Positions 12,401-24,400 of a DNA stretch of 64,000 nucleotides are shown one piece after another (positions within the stretch are counted from its first letter, which is position 1; the number at the start of each line of letters is the position of its first letter). The stretch is taken from NCBI GenBank assembly GCA_038087875.1, contig CM075992.1, forward strand, positions 11,100,001 to 11,164,000, read 5' to 3'. The notes beneath the pieces were generated by a model that worked only from the letters and a program-made list of their open reading frames with translations, was not told the DNA's origin and ran no database searches. A program made the translations under genes and the position numbers. The DNA comes from Malacoraja senta (lineage: Eukaryota).

Positions 12401-15400
12401 CCTTTCAATTACACCTTTCGTAAATAACGTTTCAATTTCAGCATTTACCTGTAAAGTTTCTGGTTTTGAAAACATCAATTTCCGACTTGGTGTATGTTGT
12501 GTGGGTGGACGTAATTTAAAAATGAACTAAATTCGAAACCCCTGAATGCTGTCCAGTATAAACGGGTCTGATGTTATGCAGCACCATTCATTGAAGAACA
12601 ATTGCAGTCTACCCCCAACTAGTGACTGATCCATAGAAGATATGTCCTGAACAGGACCAGATGCATGTACCTCCACAGTTGCTGGATTCCTTTGCCTCCG
12701 AATTCTGGATGGAATATATGTTGGTGCACGCCAATTGCGTAAAGATGGAAGAGCCCGGCTTGATCCTTGACCCGCACCAACGTCAGTGACCCGTCTGTAG
12801 GGATGTAATCGACGAGGCGGAATTCTAACGGTCGGATATGCCTTAATGAGGCCGACTGTCTTCGCCTCGTCATCCAACTCTTTTACTTGTTTTGCCAGAT
12901 CCTCACCAAACAGGTTTGGTGGTTGTATGTTAGTTGATCTGCACAGTGCTGCAAATTTTGGATTTAAAGTTGGTCTAATTGCATTCTTCCGAATGCAGTT
13001 AATTTCGAAATGGGCATTGCATAACAGGGCCAACGCATCCTGCTGTGTATCAGATAGTGGTGCCCCTTCAACTGATCGTCCAAAAGCCGTAATGCCTGAT
13101 CCAACCAATTTTAAGACTTTTTGCAGCCTTAATTCTTGCATTCTCATGCTTACCCCCATTTGCCTACAGATAGCCTGGTTTACAGTGGGCACTTTTATTG
13201 AGGCACAGTTAACAGGTGTTTCGTACCGTTTCACCGTCTCTTCCATTGTTAGCTCTTGTAACTGGTGGGAGACCATATAATTTATGTTTCTAGCCAAGTT
13301 GTCTTCCATTGGCTCACCAGTTCCTTGCGGTATGGCGAATTTACATGCCACATCTGGTACACCTGGAGCTTCGCTCTCATGCCTTGGTGTATGCTCCTTC
13401 GCAATACCTCCAACTTCAGGGTCAGAATCATACTGCCCTGGTACACTCACCTCCTCCATGAGGGAGACATCCTGCAGCCCTTCACAAGGCGCTGCTGCTC
13501 TGGGCCCCCAAGTAGACCCGCGGATATAAGGCTCCTCTTGCTGGAGCAGATCTTCCCTATACAGACCTCTAGTAGAGGCTGCTGCCACGGGCCCATGGGG
13601 TGACCCACGGATATAAAATTCCATTAGGTGCTCCATCTTATCTAGACTCTCATCCTGGCTCGACTCATCAGAGTCCACGGGCCTTACTGATTTTCTCTTG
13701 GCTTTCTTCCCTATAGGAGTAGCCATGGTGCTCTGAGTTGGCACCGGAATAGCTGCCGCTGGCTGAACTGACAGCTGCTCGGAAGACGAAATGAGCGCCC
13801 ACCCGCTGACCGCACTTCCGCGGTCTTCTTCAGCTGTTTTCCCGGCGGCGCACCTCAGCCTTCCTTTCACCGTCTTCTCCATAGTCCTGCTAGCTCCTGT
13901 AAACCAGACTTACAGACCGGAAAAGATGCCCACAGTGAGTTTTTTAAACTTACCTGTGGGTTTTTACTTACCGCTGGTGGAGCAGTGCCCTAGCCAGCCC
14001 GTCGTTGCGCCATGCGTCTGACGTAATGATGCGCATGCACCCTGGCGGGGCTTCTTCACGCAATCACTCACGTGACTCCGAAGTAAAATTGTCTTGGGTT
14101 TGTATACTTGGTATAAGTGTAAATTGTTGCTAGTATGTGTAGGATAGCATTAATGTGCGGGCATCGCTGGTCGGCGCAGACTCGGTGGGCCGAAGTGCCT
14201 GTTTCCATGCTGTATCTCTAAACAAAACTAATATCTATTATAATCTTATCGGCAAACATGACACTGAGTCCTCGCCCCCAGGTCATTAATATAAATTTCA
14301 ACTAGCCTAATCCAAGGTACACAAAAATGCTGCAGAAACTCAGCGGGTGCAACAGCATCTATGGAGCGAAGGAAATAGGCAACATTTCGAGCCGAAACCC
14401 TTCTTCAGACTGATAGGGGGTGGGGAGAAGAAAGGAAAAAGGCGGAGGATTAGCCCGAGGGCTGAGGGATGGGAGGAGACAACCAAAGGGCTGAGGAAGG
14501 GGAGGAGACAGCAAGGGCTAGCAAAATTGGGAGAATTCAATGTTCATGCCCCCAGGATGTAGACTGCACAAGCGGAATATGAGGTGCATTTCCTCCAATT
14601 TCTGGTGTTGCTCGCTGTGGCCATGGGGGAGACCCAGGACAGAGAGGTCGGATACGGAATGGAAGGGGGAGTTGAAGTGCTGAGCTACCGGGAGGTCAGG
14701 TTGGTTATTGCGGACCGACCGGAGGTGTTCGGCGAAATGATCGCCAAGCCTCCGCTTGGTCTCACCGATGTAGATCAGCTGACATCTAGAGCAGCGGATG
14801 CAATAGATGAGGTTGGAGGAGATGCAGGTGAACCTCTGTCGCACCTGGAACGACTGCTTGGGTCCTTGAATGGAGTTGAGTGGGGAGGTGAAGGGACAAG
14901 TGTTGCATCTCTTGCGGTTGCAAGGGAAAGTACCCGGGGAGGGGGTGGTACGGGAGGGAAGGGAAGAATTGACAAGGGAGTTACGGAGTAGCTACGGAGT
15001 TACGGAGTAGCCTAATCCAAGAACTGACCTGAATGCACCCTCTTTGCTGACTTACAGCCTGGAAAAGATTCATTCAATCTAATTTCTGTTAACCTTGGGT
15101 ATTTTTCAGGTATGGTTTCAAGGATGAAATTTGTATGAATGGAATTCATGAAAATAGAATTTAAAACACTGCAGAAACAGGTTCTGCAGCCACAAAGTCG
15201 GTGACAATAGTGATACCAATTTAAACCACCCATCCCCCACATGTGGTCTGTAACCAGCCATTCCCACTGTTCATGTGTCTGTCTGAATGCCTCAAACATT
15301 GCTCTCATTTACAATGGCTCTTTTCTCCACAGGGGAATGATGCTCAAAATCAACATCTGATCACTCTGGTCGGCGTTCTTGTCTCTCTGGTTTGCCTTGC

Positions 15401-18400
15401 GCTGTCAGTCCTCACCTTCACCCTGTGTCGGGCCCTTAAAAGTATCAGGACCACCATCCACACTCACCTGTGCATCAGCCTCTTTTTGGCACAACTGCTA
15501 TTCATCGTTGGAATGGACAAGACCAAATATCGGGTAGGTGAAGAAAATGGTGTCCACTTCTCCCGGTGATCTCACTCAGGAACAGGCCTTGGTGCACGAC
15601 ACCAGGATGGGCAGTGAGCCACATCACTGTTCATTACTGCACTCAACACATGCTACTCTTTGGCCCCGACAGTGTAATGGCCCAGTGTATAATCCAGTGC
15701 ATCATCCAGTGTACAACCCAATGTACCAATCCATTGGTGTGTAAGAAGGAACTGCAGATGCTGGTTTAAACCGAAGATAGACACAAAAACTGGAGTAACT
15801 CAGCGGGACAGGCAGTATCTCTGGTGAGAAGGAATCGGTGACGTTTCAGGTCGAGACCTGCCTGAAGAAGTTTATATGAACAATTTGTATGAGAATATGC
15901 AAGGCATGATTAGTAAGTTTGAAGATGCCATTAAAATAGGTGGTATCATAGATAGTAAATAAGGTTGTCAATAATCAGCTGGGTAAGTGGACCAAGGAAT
16001 GATTAATGGAGTTTAATTAGGATGAGTACATAGTATTTTATCTAGAATAGGGGAATCAAGAACCAGATGGGGATAGAGGAGGCCCAGGACAGAAATGTCA
16101 GTGTACAAACAGGAAGGGAGTTAAAATGGTTAGCAACCGGGAAATCCAGTAGGCCATGGTTTAGTACGAGCGCAAGTGTTCAGCGAAACAGTCAGCCGAT
16201 TCTACACTTGGTCTTGCCGATGTAAAGGAGGCAACATCTGGAACACAGAGGATGAGACACAAAAAGCAGGAGTAACTCAGCGGGACAGACAGCATCTCTG
16301 GAGAGAAGAAATAGGTGACGTTTTTGTGTATATCTTCGGTTCAAACCAGTATCTGCAGTTCCTTCCTACACACAGAAGATGAGGTTGGTCACGTGACTCA
16401 ACTTCATCTCAACTGGAAGGATTGCTGGGGTCCTGGGTTGATGTGAGGGAAGAGCTATAGGGACAGGTGTTACATCTCCTCTGGTTACAAGGGAAGGTAC
16501 CTGGGAAGTGGGTGATTTGGGTGGGAAGGGATGAGTGACCCAAGGAATAGAAGAGGGAGCTGCCTCTGTGGAAGGCAGAAAGGGGTGGAGATGGGAAGAT
16601 GTAACTACTGATGGGATCACATTGGAGGTGGTGGAAATGTCAGAGAAATAAGTGTTGGATGTGTAAGCTGGTGGGATGAAAGGTGAGGACCAGGAAACTC
16701 TATTCTTGTTCAGTCTGGGGAGAAGGAGAGGGAAGAGCAAAACTACGGGGCACTGAGGAGGCACAGGTGAGGGATCTGTCTATGACAGCAGGGGGAATCC
16801 ACATTTACTACAGAAAGAGGACATCTCGGATGTCCTAGGATGGAAAGCCTCCTCTTGGGAGCTGATTTAGAGAGAAATTGGCAGTAGGGGACAGTGTCTA
16901 TATTACAATTGTACAAGATGTTGGTGTGGTCGCATTTGGAGAGTTGTGTTCAGTTTTTGTCAGCATAGGATCGATGTCGTTAAGGTGGAAAGAGTGCACA
17001 GAGGATTTACAAGGATGATGCCAGGACTTGGAGGCCTGAGCTATGGAGGGAAGTTAGGCTGGCTCGGATTTGATTCCTTGGAATGCAGGAGGCTGAGGGG
17101 TGATCTTATGGAGGTGTATAAGATCATGGGGGAAATAGAAGTGAATGCACAGAGTCTTTTCCCCAGAGTAGTGGAATCAAAAACCAGAGAACATCATTTT
17201 CAGATTAGAGGGCATTTAATATGAATCTGGAAGGCAACTTTTTCATACAGACGGAGGTATATAAATGGAGCGGAGTGCCAGAGGGGTAGTTGAGGCAGAT
17301 ACTGTAACAGCATTTGAACAAAATTTAGATAACTGGATAGGAAAGGTTTCGAGGGATATAGGCCAAACGTGAGCAAGTGAGACAAGTGCAGATAGGGCAT
17401 CTGGGTCGTCATGGGGAAGTTGGGCTGAAGGGCCAGTTTCCGTGCTGTACGACTCTACGGCTCCATGACTTGAACTGTCCCAAGATCTATGAGAAACATT
17501 GTTGAACTAGTTTCATTCTACTGTGTGATTCAGAGATGTTTCTATACATCAGCAGTACTACATACAGTGGCTTGCAAAAGTATTCATACCCCTTGAACTT
17601 TTCCACATTTTGTCACGTTACAACCACAAACGTAAATGTATTTTATTGGGATTTTATGTGATAGACCAACACAAAGTGGCGCATAATTGTGAAGTGGAAG
17701 GAAAATGATACATGGTTTTCAAATTTTTTTACAAATAAAAAACTGAAAAGTGTCGCGTGCAAAAGTATTCAGCCCCCTTTACTCTGATACCCCTAAATAA
17801 AATCCAGTGCAACCAATTGCCTTCAGAAGTCACCTAATTAGTAAATAGTCTACTTGTGTGTAATCTAATCTCAGTATAAATACAGCTGTTCTGTGAAGGC
17901 CTCAGAAGTTTGTTAGAGAACATTAGTGAACAAACAGCATCATGAAGCCCAAGGAACACACCAGACAGGTCAGGGATAAAGTTGTGGAGAAGTTTAAAGC
18001 AGGATTAGGTTATTAAAAAATATCCCAAGCTTTGAACATCTCACGGAGCACTGTTCAATCCATCATCCGAAAATGGAAAGAGTATGGCACAACTGCAAAC
18101 CTACCAAGACATGGCCGTCCACCTAAACTGACAGGCCGGGCAAGGAGAGCATTGATCAGAGAAGCAGCCAAGAGGCCCATGGTAACTCTGGAGGAGCTGC
18201 AGAGATCCACAGCTCAGGTGGGAGAATCTGTCCACAGGACAACTATTAGTCGTGCATCCCACATATCGGGCCTTTATGGAAGAGTGGCAAGAAGAAAGAC
18301 ATTGTTGAAAAAAAGCCATAAGAAGTCCCGTTTGCAGTTTGCCACAAGCCATGTGGGGGACACAGCAAACATGTGGAGGAAGGTGCTCTGGTCAGATGAG

Positions 18401-21400
18401 ACCAAAATTGAAGTTTTTGGCCTAAATGCAAAACGCTATGTGTGGCGGAAACCTACCACTGCACGTCACCCTGAACACACCATCCCCACTGTGAAACATG
18501 GTGTTGGCAGCATCATGCTGTGGGGATGCTTTTCTTCAGCAGGGACAGGGAAGCTGGTCAGAGTTGATGGGAAGATGGATGGAGCCAAATACAGGGCAAT
18601 CTTGGAAGAAAACCTGTTAGAGTCTGCAAAAGACTTGAGACCGGGGCGGAGGTTCACCTTCCAGCAGGACAACGACCCTAAACATGCAGCCAGAGCTACA
18701 ATGGAATGGTTTAGATCAAAGCATATTCATGTGTTAGAATGGCCCAGTCAAAGTCCAGACCTAAATCCAATTGAGAATCTCTGGCAAGACTTGAAAATTG
18801 CTGTTCACAGACGCTCTCCATCCAATCTGATTGAGCTTGAGCTATTTTGCAAAGAAGAATGGGCAAAAATTTCAGTCTCTAGATGTGCAAAGCTGGTAGA
18901 GACATACCCCAAAAGACTTGCAGCTGTAATTGCAGCGAAAGGTGGTTCTACAAAGTATTGACTCAGGGGGGCTGAATACTTTTGCACGCGACACTTTTCA
19001 GTTTTTTATTTGTAAAAAAATTTGAAAACCATGTATCATTTTCCTTCCACTTCACAATTATGCACCACTTTGTGTTGGTCTATCACATAAAATCCCAATA
19101 AAATACATTTACGTTTGTGGTTGTAACGTGACAAAATGCGGAAAAGTTCAAGGGGTATGAATACTTTTGCAAGCCACTGTATATGAAGATATGTGTTGTC
19201 CTTCTGCAACATGATGAATCATAAAAGGATCTGGTTCAGTACATCTTGTTATTTCCTTTTTTCTACATTCTCGAAGCGATCTGTAAGATTATACAGCAAG
19301 TAGCAAGTTTTATTTAGTGTATGGTTTGGTCCACCCAGGATGATAACATCACTTTCTCCGTCTCTCAAAATAGACCATAGATATAGAGCTGTCAGAGTAG
19401 AACTGTTGAAAACCACACGTGCGAACAAACCAACTCAGCGGTAGAGATAGAGAAGGCAAGTGAGAGAAAGTTGTCCTCGCCCATATTGTACTGAACTGTG
19501 CTCAGCAGCATGTGCCTGCTACAACCCAGCACAGTTATGAAAGGACATTGAGCTTCATAAATGCTGCCTCGCCACTTCCTCTGGCAGTTTGTTCCATATA
19601 CCCAGCACCCTCTGTGTGAAAGCATTGTCCCTCAGTTTCCTATTAACTCTTTCCCATCCCTCCTTAAACCTAAGTTCTCTAGTTGTTAAATGCATGATGG
19701 GAAAAACACTGTGCAGGGGTAGCACAGTGGTGCAGCGTTAGAGCTGTTGCCTCACAGCGCCGGAATCCCAGGTTCAATCCTGACTACGAGTGCTGTCTCT
19801 GTGGAGTTTGTACGTTCTCCCTGTGACCGCGTGGGTGCTCCGGTTTCCAACCACATTCAAAAGACGTTCGTGATTGGCTTCTGTAAATTCCACCTAGTGT
19901 GTAGGATAACATAGGACTAGCGTAGGGATGATCGATGGTCGATGTGGACTCAGTGAGCTGAAGTGCCTGTTTCCATGCCGTTTCTCTAAACTCAACTAAA
20001 CATTCACGCTATCTACTCCCCATGACTTTATACATCTCTGTAAGATCACCCATTAGCCTCCTGCGCTCCAAGGATTAAGGGTGCTAGCCTGCCCAACTCT
20101 CTCTGTAGCTCTAGAACTTGGGTCCCAACAACATCCTCATAAACCCACTTTGCTACCTTGCGTCAGCTTAATAAAATCTTTCTTAAACTGAAGACAATGC
20201 CCAAGTGCAAGTTCACCTTACTAAAATCCATGTAGACAACATCCACCACCCTACCCTTATCGACCACGTTTGTCACCTCCTCCTAGGTCAGGGCATTGGG
20301 TATAAGAGTCAGGAAACCATGGTACAGCTTCATAGGACTTTGGTGAGGCCACATTTGGAATATTGTGTGCATTTCTAGTCACCCTATTGCAGGAAGGATG
20401 TGGAGGCTTTGGAAAGGGGGCAGAGGAAGTTTACCAGATTGTTGCCAGGATTAGGAGCTACATGGAGAGGTCGGACAGACTTGGATTGTTTTCTCTGGAA
20501 TGCCGAGGCTGCGGGAAAACCTGATGGATGTACAAAACATGATGAGAGGCATAGATAGGACAGGCAGTCAGAACCTTTTTCCCAGGATGAAAGAAATCAA
20601 ATACTGGAGAGCATAGCTTTAAGGTGAAAGGGCAAAATTTAAATCAGATCCACTGGGGAAATTTTGTTTTACACAGAGGGTGGTTAGTGCCTGGATTGCA
20701 CTGCCAGGGTCGGTGGTTGAGGCAGATACAATAGTGGCATTTATGAGGCTTTTGACTAGAGATATGGATATGGAGGGATATGGATTATGCGCAGATAGAT
20801 AAGGGATAGTCTTGGCATCATGCTCAGCACAGACATTGTGGAACGAAGGGCCTGTCCTTGTGCTGCACTGATCTGTGTTTTATGAACACTTGGGAGCTTT
20901 GAAACTGAATGGACAGTTTGCATTACAGTCAAGGAAGGGCTAAACATCCTATGACGTATGAAGGTAGATAAATCTCCTGGTCCTAATCAGATATGTACAA
21001 GGATACAGTGGGATGCTGAAGATTAAATTGCAAGAGCCCTGGCTAAGATATATAAATCAACATTAGACAAGGGTGAGGTGCCAGAAGACTTGAAGGTGGC
21101 TAATGTTGTGCCACTATTTAAAAAGGGTTGCAAAGAAAAACCTTGGAACTATAAACTAATGAAGTTAACATCTGTGGTAAGTTACAGGAGAGGATTTTGA
21201 GGGATAAGATGCATTTGCAAAGGTGGGGGTTGTTTTTGATTTTTTTTTAATGAAGTAACCACGGTTGAGGGCAGAGTTGTATCAATAGTCTCTATGGACT
21301 TTAGCAGGGCCTCGTGTAAGGTTCTCCATCGTAGGCTTCACTGGAAGGTTCGATAACGTGGGATCCAGGGAGAGCCAGCTAACTGGATATAGAATGTGTA

Positions 21401-24400
21401 AGAGGGAACTGCAGATGCTGGTTTAAACCAAAGTTAAACACAAAAAGCTGGAGTAACTCAGCGGGTCAGACAGCATTTCTGGAGAAAAGGAATAGGTGAC
21501 GTTTCAGGTGACGTTTCGGGTCGAGACCCTTTTTCACACTCGACCCGAAACGTCACCTATTCCTTTTCTCCAGAGATGCTGTTTGACCCGCGAAGTTACT
21601 CCAGCCTTTTGAGTGTAACTGGATATAGAATTGGTTTCATGGATGTGAGCAGGGAGTGTTCACAGATCGATGCTGGGCCCATTCTGTTTGTAGTTTATAT
21701 TAACAATTTGTATGAAAATATGCAAGGCATGATTAGTAAGTTTGAAGATGCCATTAAAATAGGTGGTATCATATAGTAAATACGGTTGTCAATAATCATC
21801 TAGGTAAGTGGACCAAAGGAGTTTAATTAGGATGAACACATAGTCTTTTATCTAGAATAGGGGAATCAAGAACCAGATGACATAGGTTTAAGGTGAGAAG
21901 GGAAACATTTAATAGGAACCTGAGGGCAATTTTTTCCACACAGAGGATGGTGGGTATATGGAACAAGCTGCCAGAGTAGGTAGTTGAGGCAGGAAACCTA
22001 ACTACATTAGTATGCCATTGTAGGGAAAGATTTAGAGGAGGGTTAAGTGGCAAAAATGAAGGCAAATTATTACCCAAATGGTGTCAAGTTCGGAAAAGGA
22101 AAGTATAACGGGATCTGGGGATCCTTGTTCATCAGTCACTGAAAGTAAGCATGCAGGTACAGCAGGCAGTGAAGAAAGCGAATGGCATGTTGGCCTTCAT
22201 AACAAGAGGAGTTGAGTATAGGAGCAAAGAGGTCCTTCTGCAGTAGTACAGGCCCTAGTGAGACCACGCCTGGCGTATTGTGTGCAGGTTTGATCTCCAA
22301 ATTTGAGGAAGGGTATTCTTGCTATTGAGGGAGTGCAGCGTAGGTTCACCAGGTTAATTTCCGGGATGGCGGGGCTGTCATATGTTGATAGAATGGAGCA
22401 TCTGGGATTGTATACTCTGGTATTTAGAAGGATGAGAAGGGATCTTATTGAAACATATAAGATTATTCAGGGATTGGACACACTAGAGGCAGGAAACATG
22501 TTCCCGATGTTGGGGGCGTCCAGAACCAGGGGCCACAGTTTAAGAATAAGGGGTAAGACATTTAGAACGGAGATAAGGAAACACTTTTTCACACAGAGAG
22601 TTGTGAGTCTGTGGAATTCTCTGCCTCAGAGGGCGATGGAGGCCAGTTCTCTGGATACTTTCAAGAGAGCGCTAGATAGGGCCCTTGAAGATAGCGGAGT
22701 CAGGGGATATCGGGAGAAGGCAGGAACGGGGTATTGATTGTGGATGATCAGCCATGATCACACTGAATGGTGGTGCTGGCTCAAAGGGCCAAATGGCCTA
22801 CTCCTGCACCTATTGTGTATTGTCTATTTTCTATTATCACTGGCTCATGGGATTAGTGCAGATGAGGCAAGTTGGTTGAGAAATGCTATTGGGCCGAAGG
22901 CCCTGTTTCCATGTTGTATGACTCTATAACTCCATGTTAGAGAGCTCTCTGGCATAGAAGAGAATTCAAAAAAGTATTCAACATAGGGAATCTCTTCAAT
23001 CTACTGAGGAAGTAAAGACAATGATGAGTTTTCTTTGTGATGCATCAATACACTGGGCCCAGGACAGGCCTTCACAGATACACACATCCAGGAACCTGAA
23101 GCTGTTGACTCTTTGTGTAGGAAAGAACTGCAGATGCTGGTTTAAATCGAAGGTGGACACAAAATGCTGGAGTAACTCAGTGGGACAGGCAGCATCTCTG
23201 GCGAGAAGGAATGGGTGAAGTTTCAGATCGAGACCCTTCAGTCTGAACAAGGGTCTCGACCCCAAATGTCACCTATCCCTTCTCTCCAGAGATGCTGCCT
23301 GTCCCGCTGAGTTGCTCCAGCATTTTGTGTCTGCTGTTGACTATTTGTTCTGTTGCCTCATTAATGAAGACAGGTTCATGGATCCCTACCTTTCCTGAAG
23401 TTGACTGGTTGCGTTATGGACTGGTTTGGCAATTTGAACACCTAGGAAGGAAGGAGAACACAATAATGGTGAACACAGCCTGGTCCATCATGGGTACTGA
23501 CCTCCCCACCATTGAAGTGATCTATAGGAGGCGTTGCCTCAAAGAGGCAGCCAGTATCATCAAGAACACACACCACCTGGCCACGCTCTCATTTCACTTC
23601 CCCCATTGGGAAAAGGTTTGGGAGTCTGAAACTATGACCTCAAACTGTTCAGGAACAGCTTCTTCCCAACAACCTTCAGGCATTTGAACACTACAAACTC
23701 CAACTAAACTACAAACTATAAACTGTCTTGATTGCACCAAGTAATTTCAGTTTTTGTTTTGCACTAATATTGTTTTTTTGTAATTTATTGAACTTTTGTT
23801 TATTGTATTACCTATGAGTTCTGTGTTTACACAGCTGTTATGGCTGCCATGTAAGAATTTCACAGTAGAAATAAGTGAGTAGAGCAGGGGACTGAGCTCA
23901 CTGCCCTGAGGTGCCCTGTGTTGTTGGCCATCGAGGAGCAAGTGTTGTTGCAATCTGGACTGATTGCAGTCTGGTGATGAGGAAGTCGTTGATCAATATA
24001 AACGACAAACCTTATAGAATGTCATCCAGCACGGAAACAGACCAACGGAAGTCATAGTGAAAATAGTGAGTGCATTGATGCTGTCTCCAGAATTCAACAT
24101 AATGGAGTTGCCACTTTGGAGGGAACCAAACAGAATCCATGCTACTTTAGAAAAGGAGCAAGGGAGACGATAGGAAACTACAGGCAGTTAGTCTAACTTG
24201 AGTGGTCAGTGAAATGTATCTTCGTACCAATGCATTATCCCTTATATCCCTTATCATTTATCCACACACTGCGAATGGCTCACAGTGTACAGATTCAATT
24301 GTAATCATGTATTGTCTTTCCGCTGGCTGGTTAACATGTAACAAAAGCTTTTCACTATACCTCGGTACACGTGACAATGAACTTAACTGAAACTGCAGTG

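Larger units (their letters stand above)
8815..14230 (+). mobile_element. HE1/V-SINE-like SINE split by the DIRS insertion (8815-8995 and 14089-14230)
   Basis: Head and core before 8995; remaining body and CR1-like tail after 14088. Collinear with the SINE at 2965-3290. Confidence 0.8.

Noticed and set aside
15665..15735. CRISPR-like array
   Set aside because: Degenerate tandem 12-mers with no unique spacers; vertebrate DNA with no cas genes.
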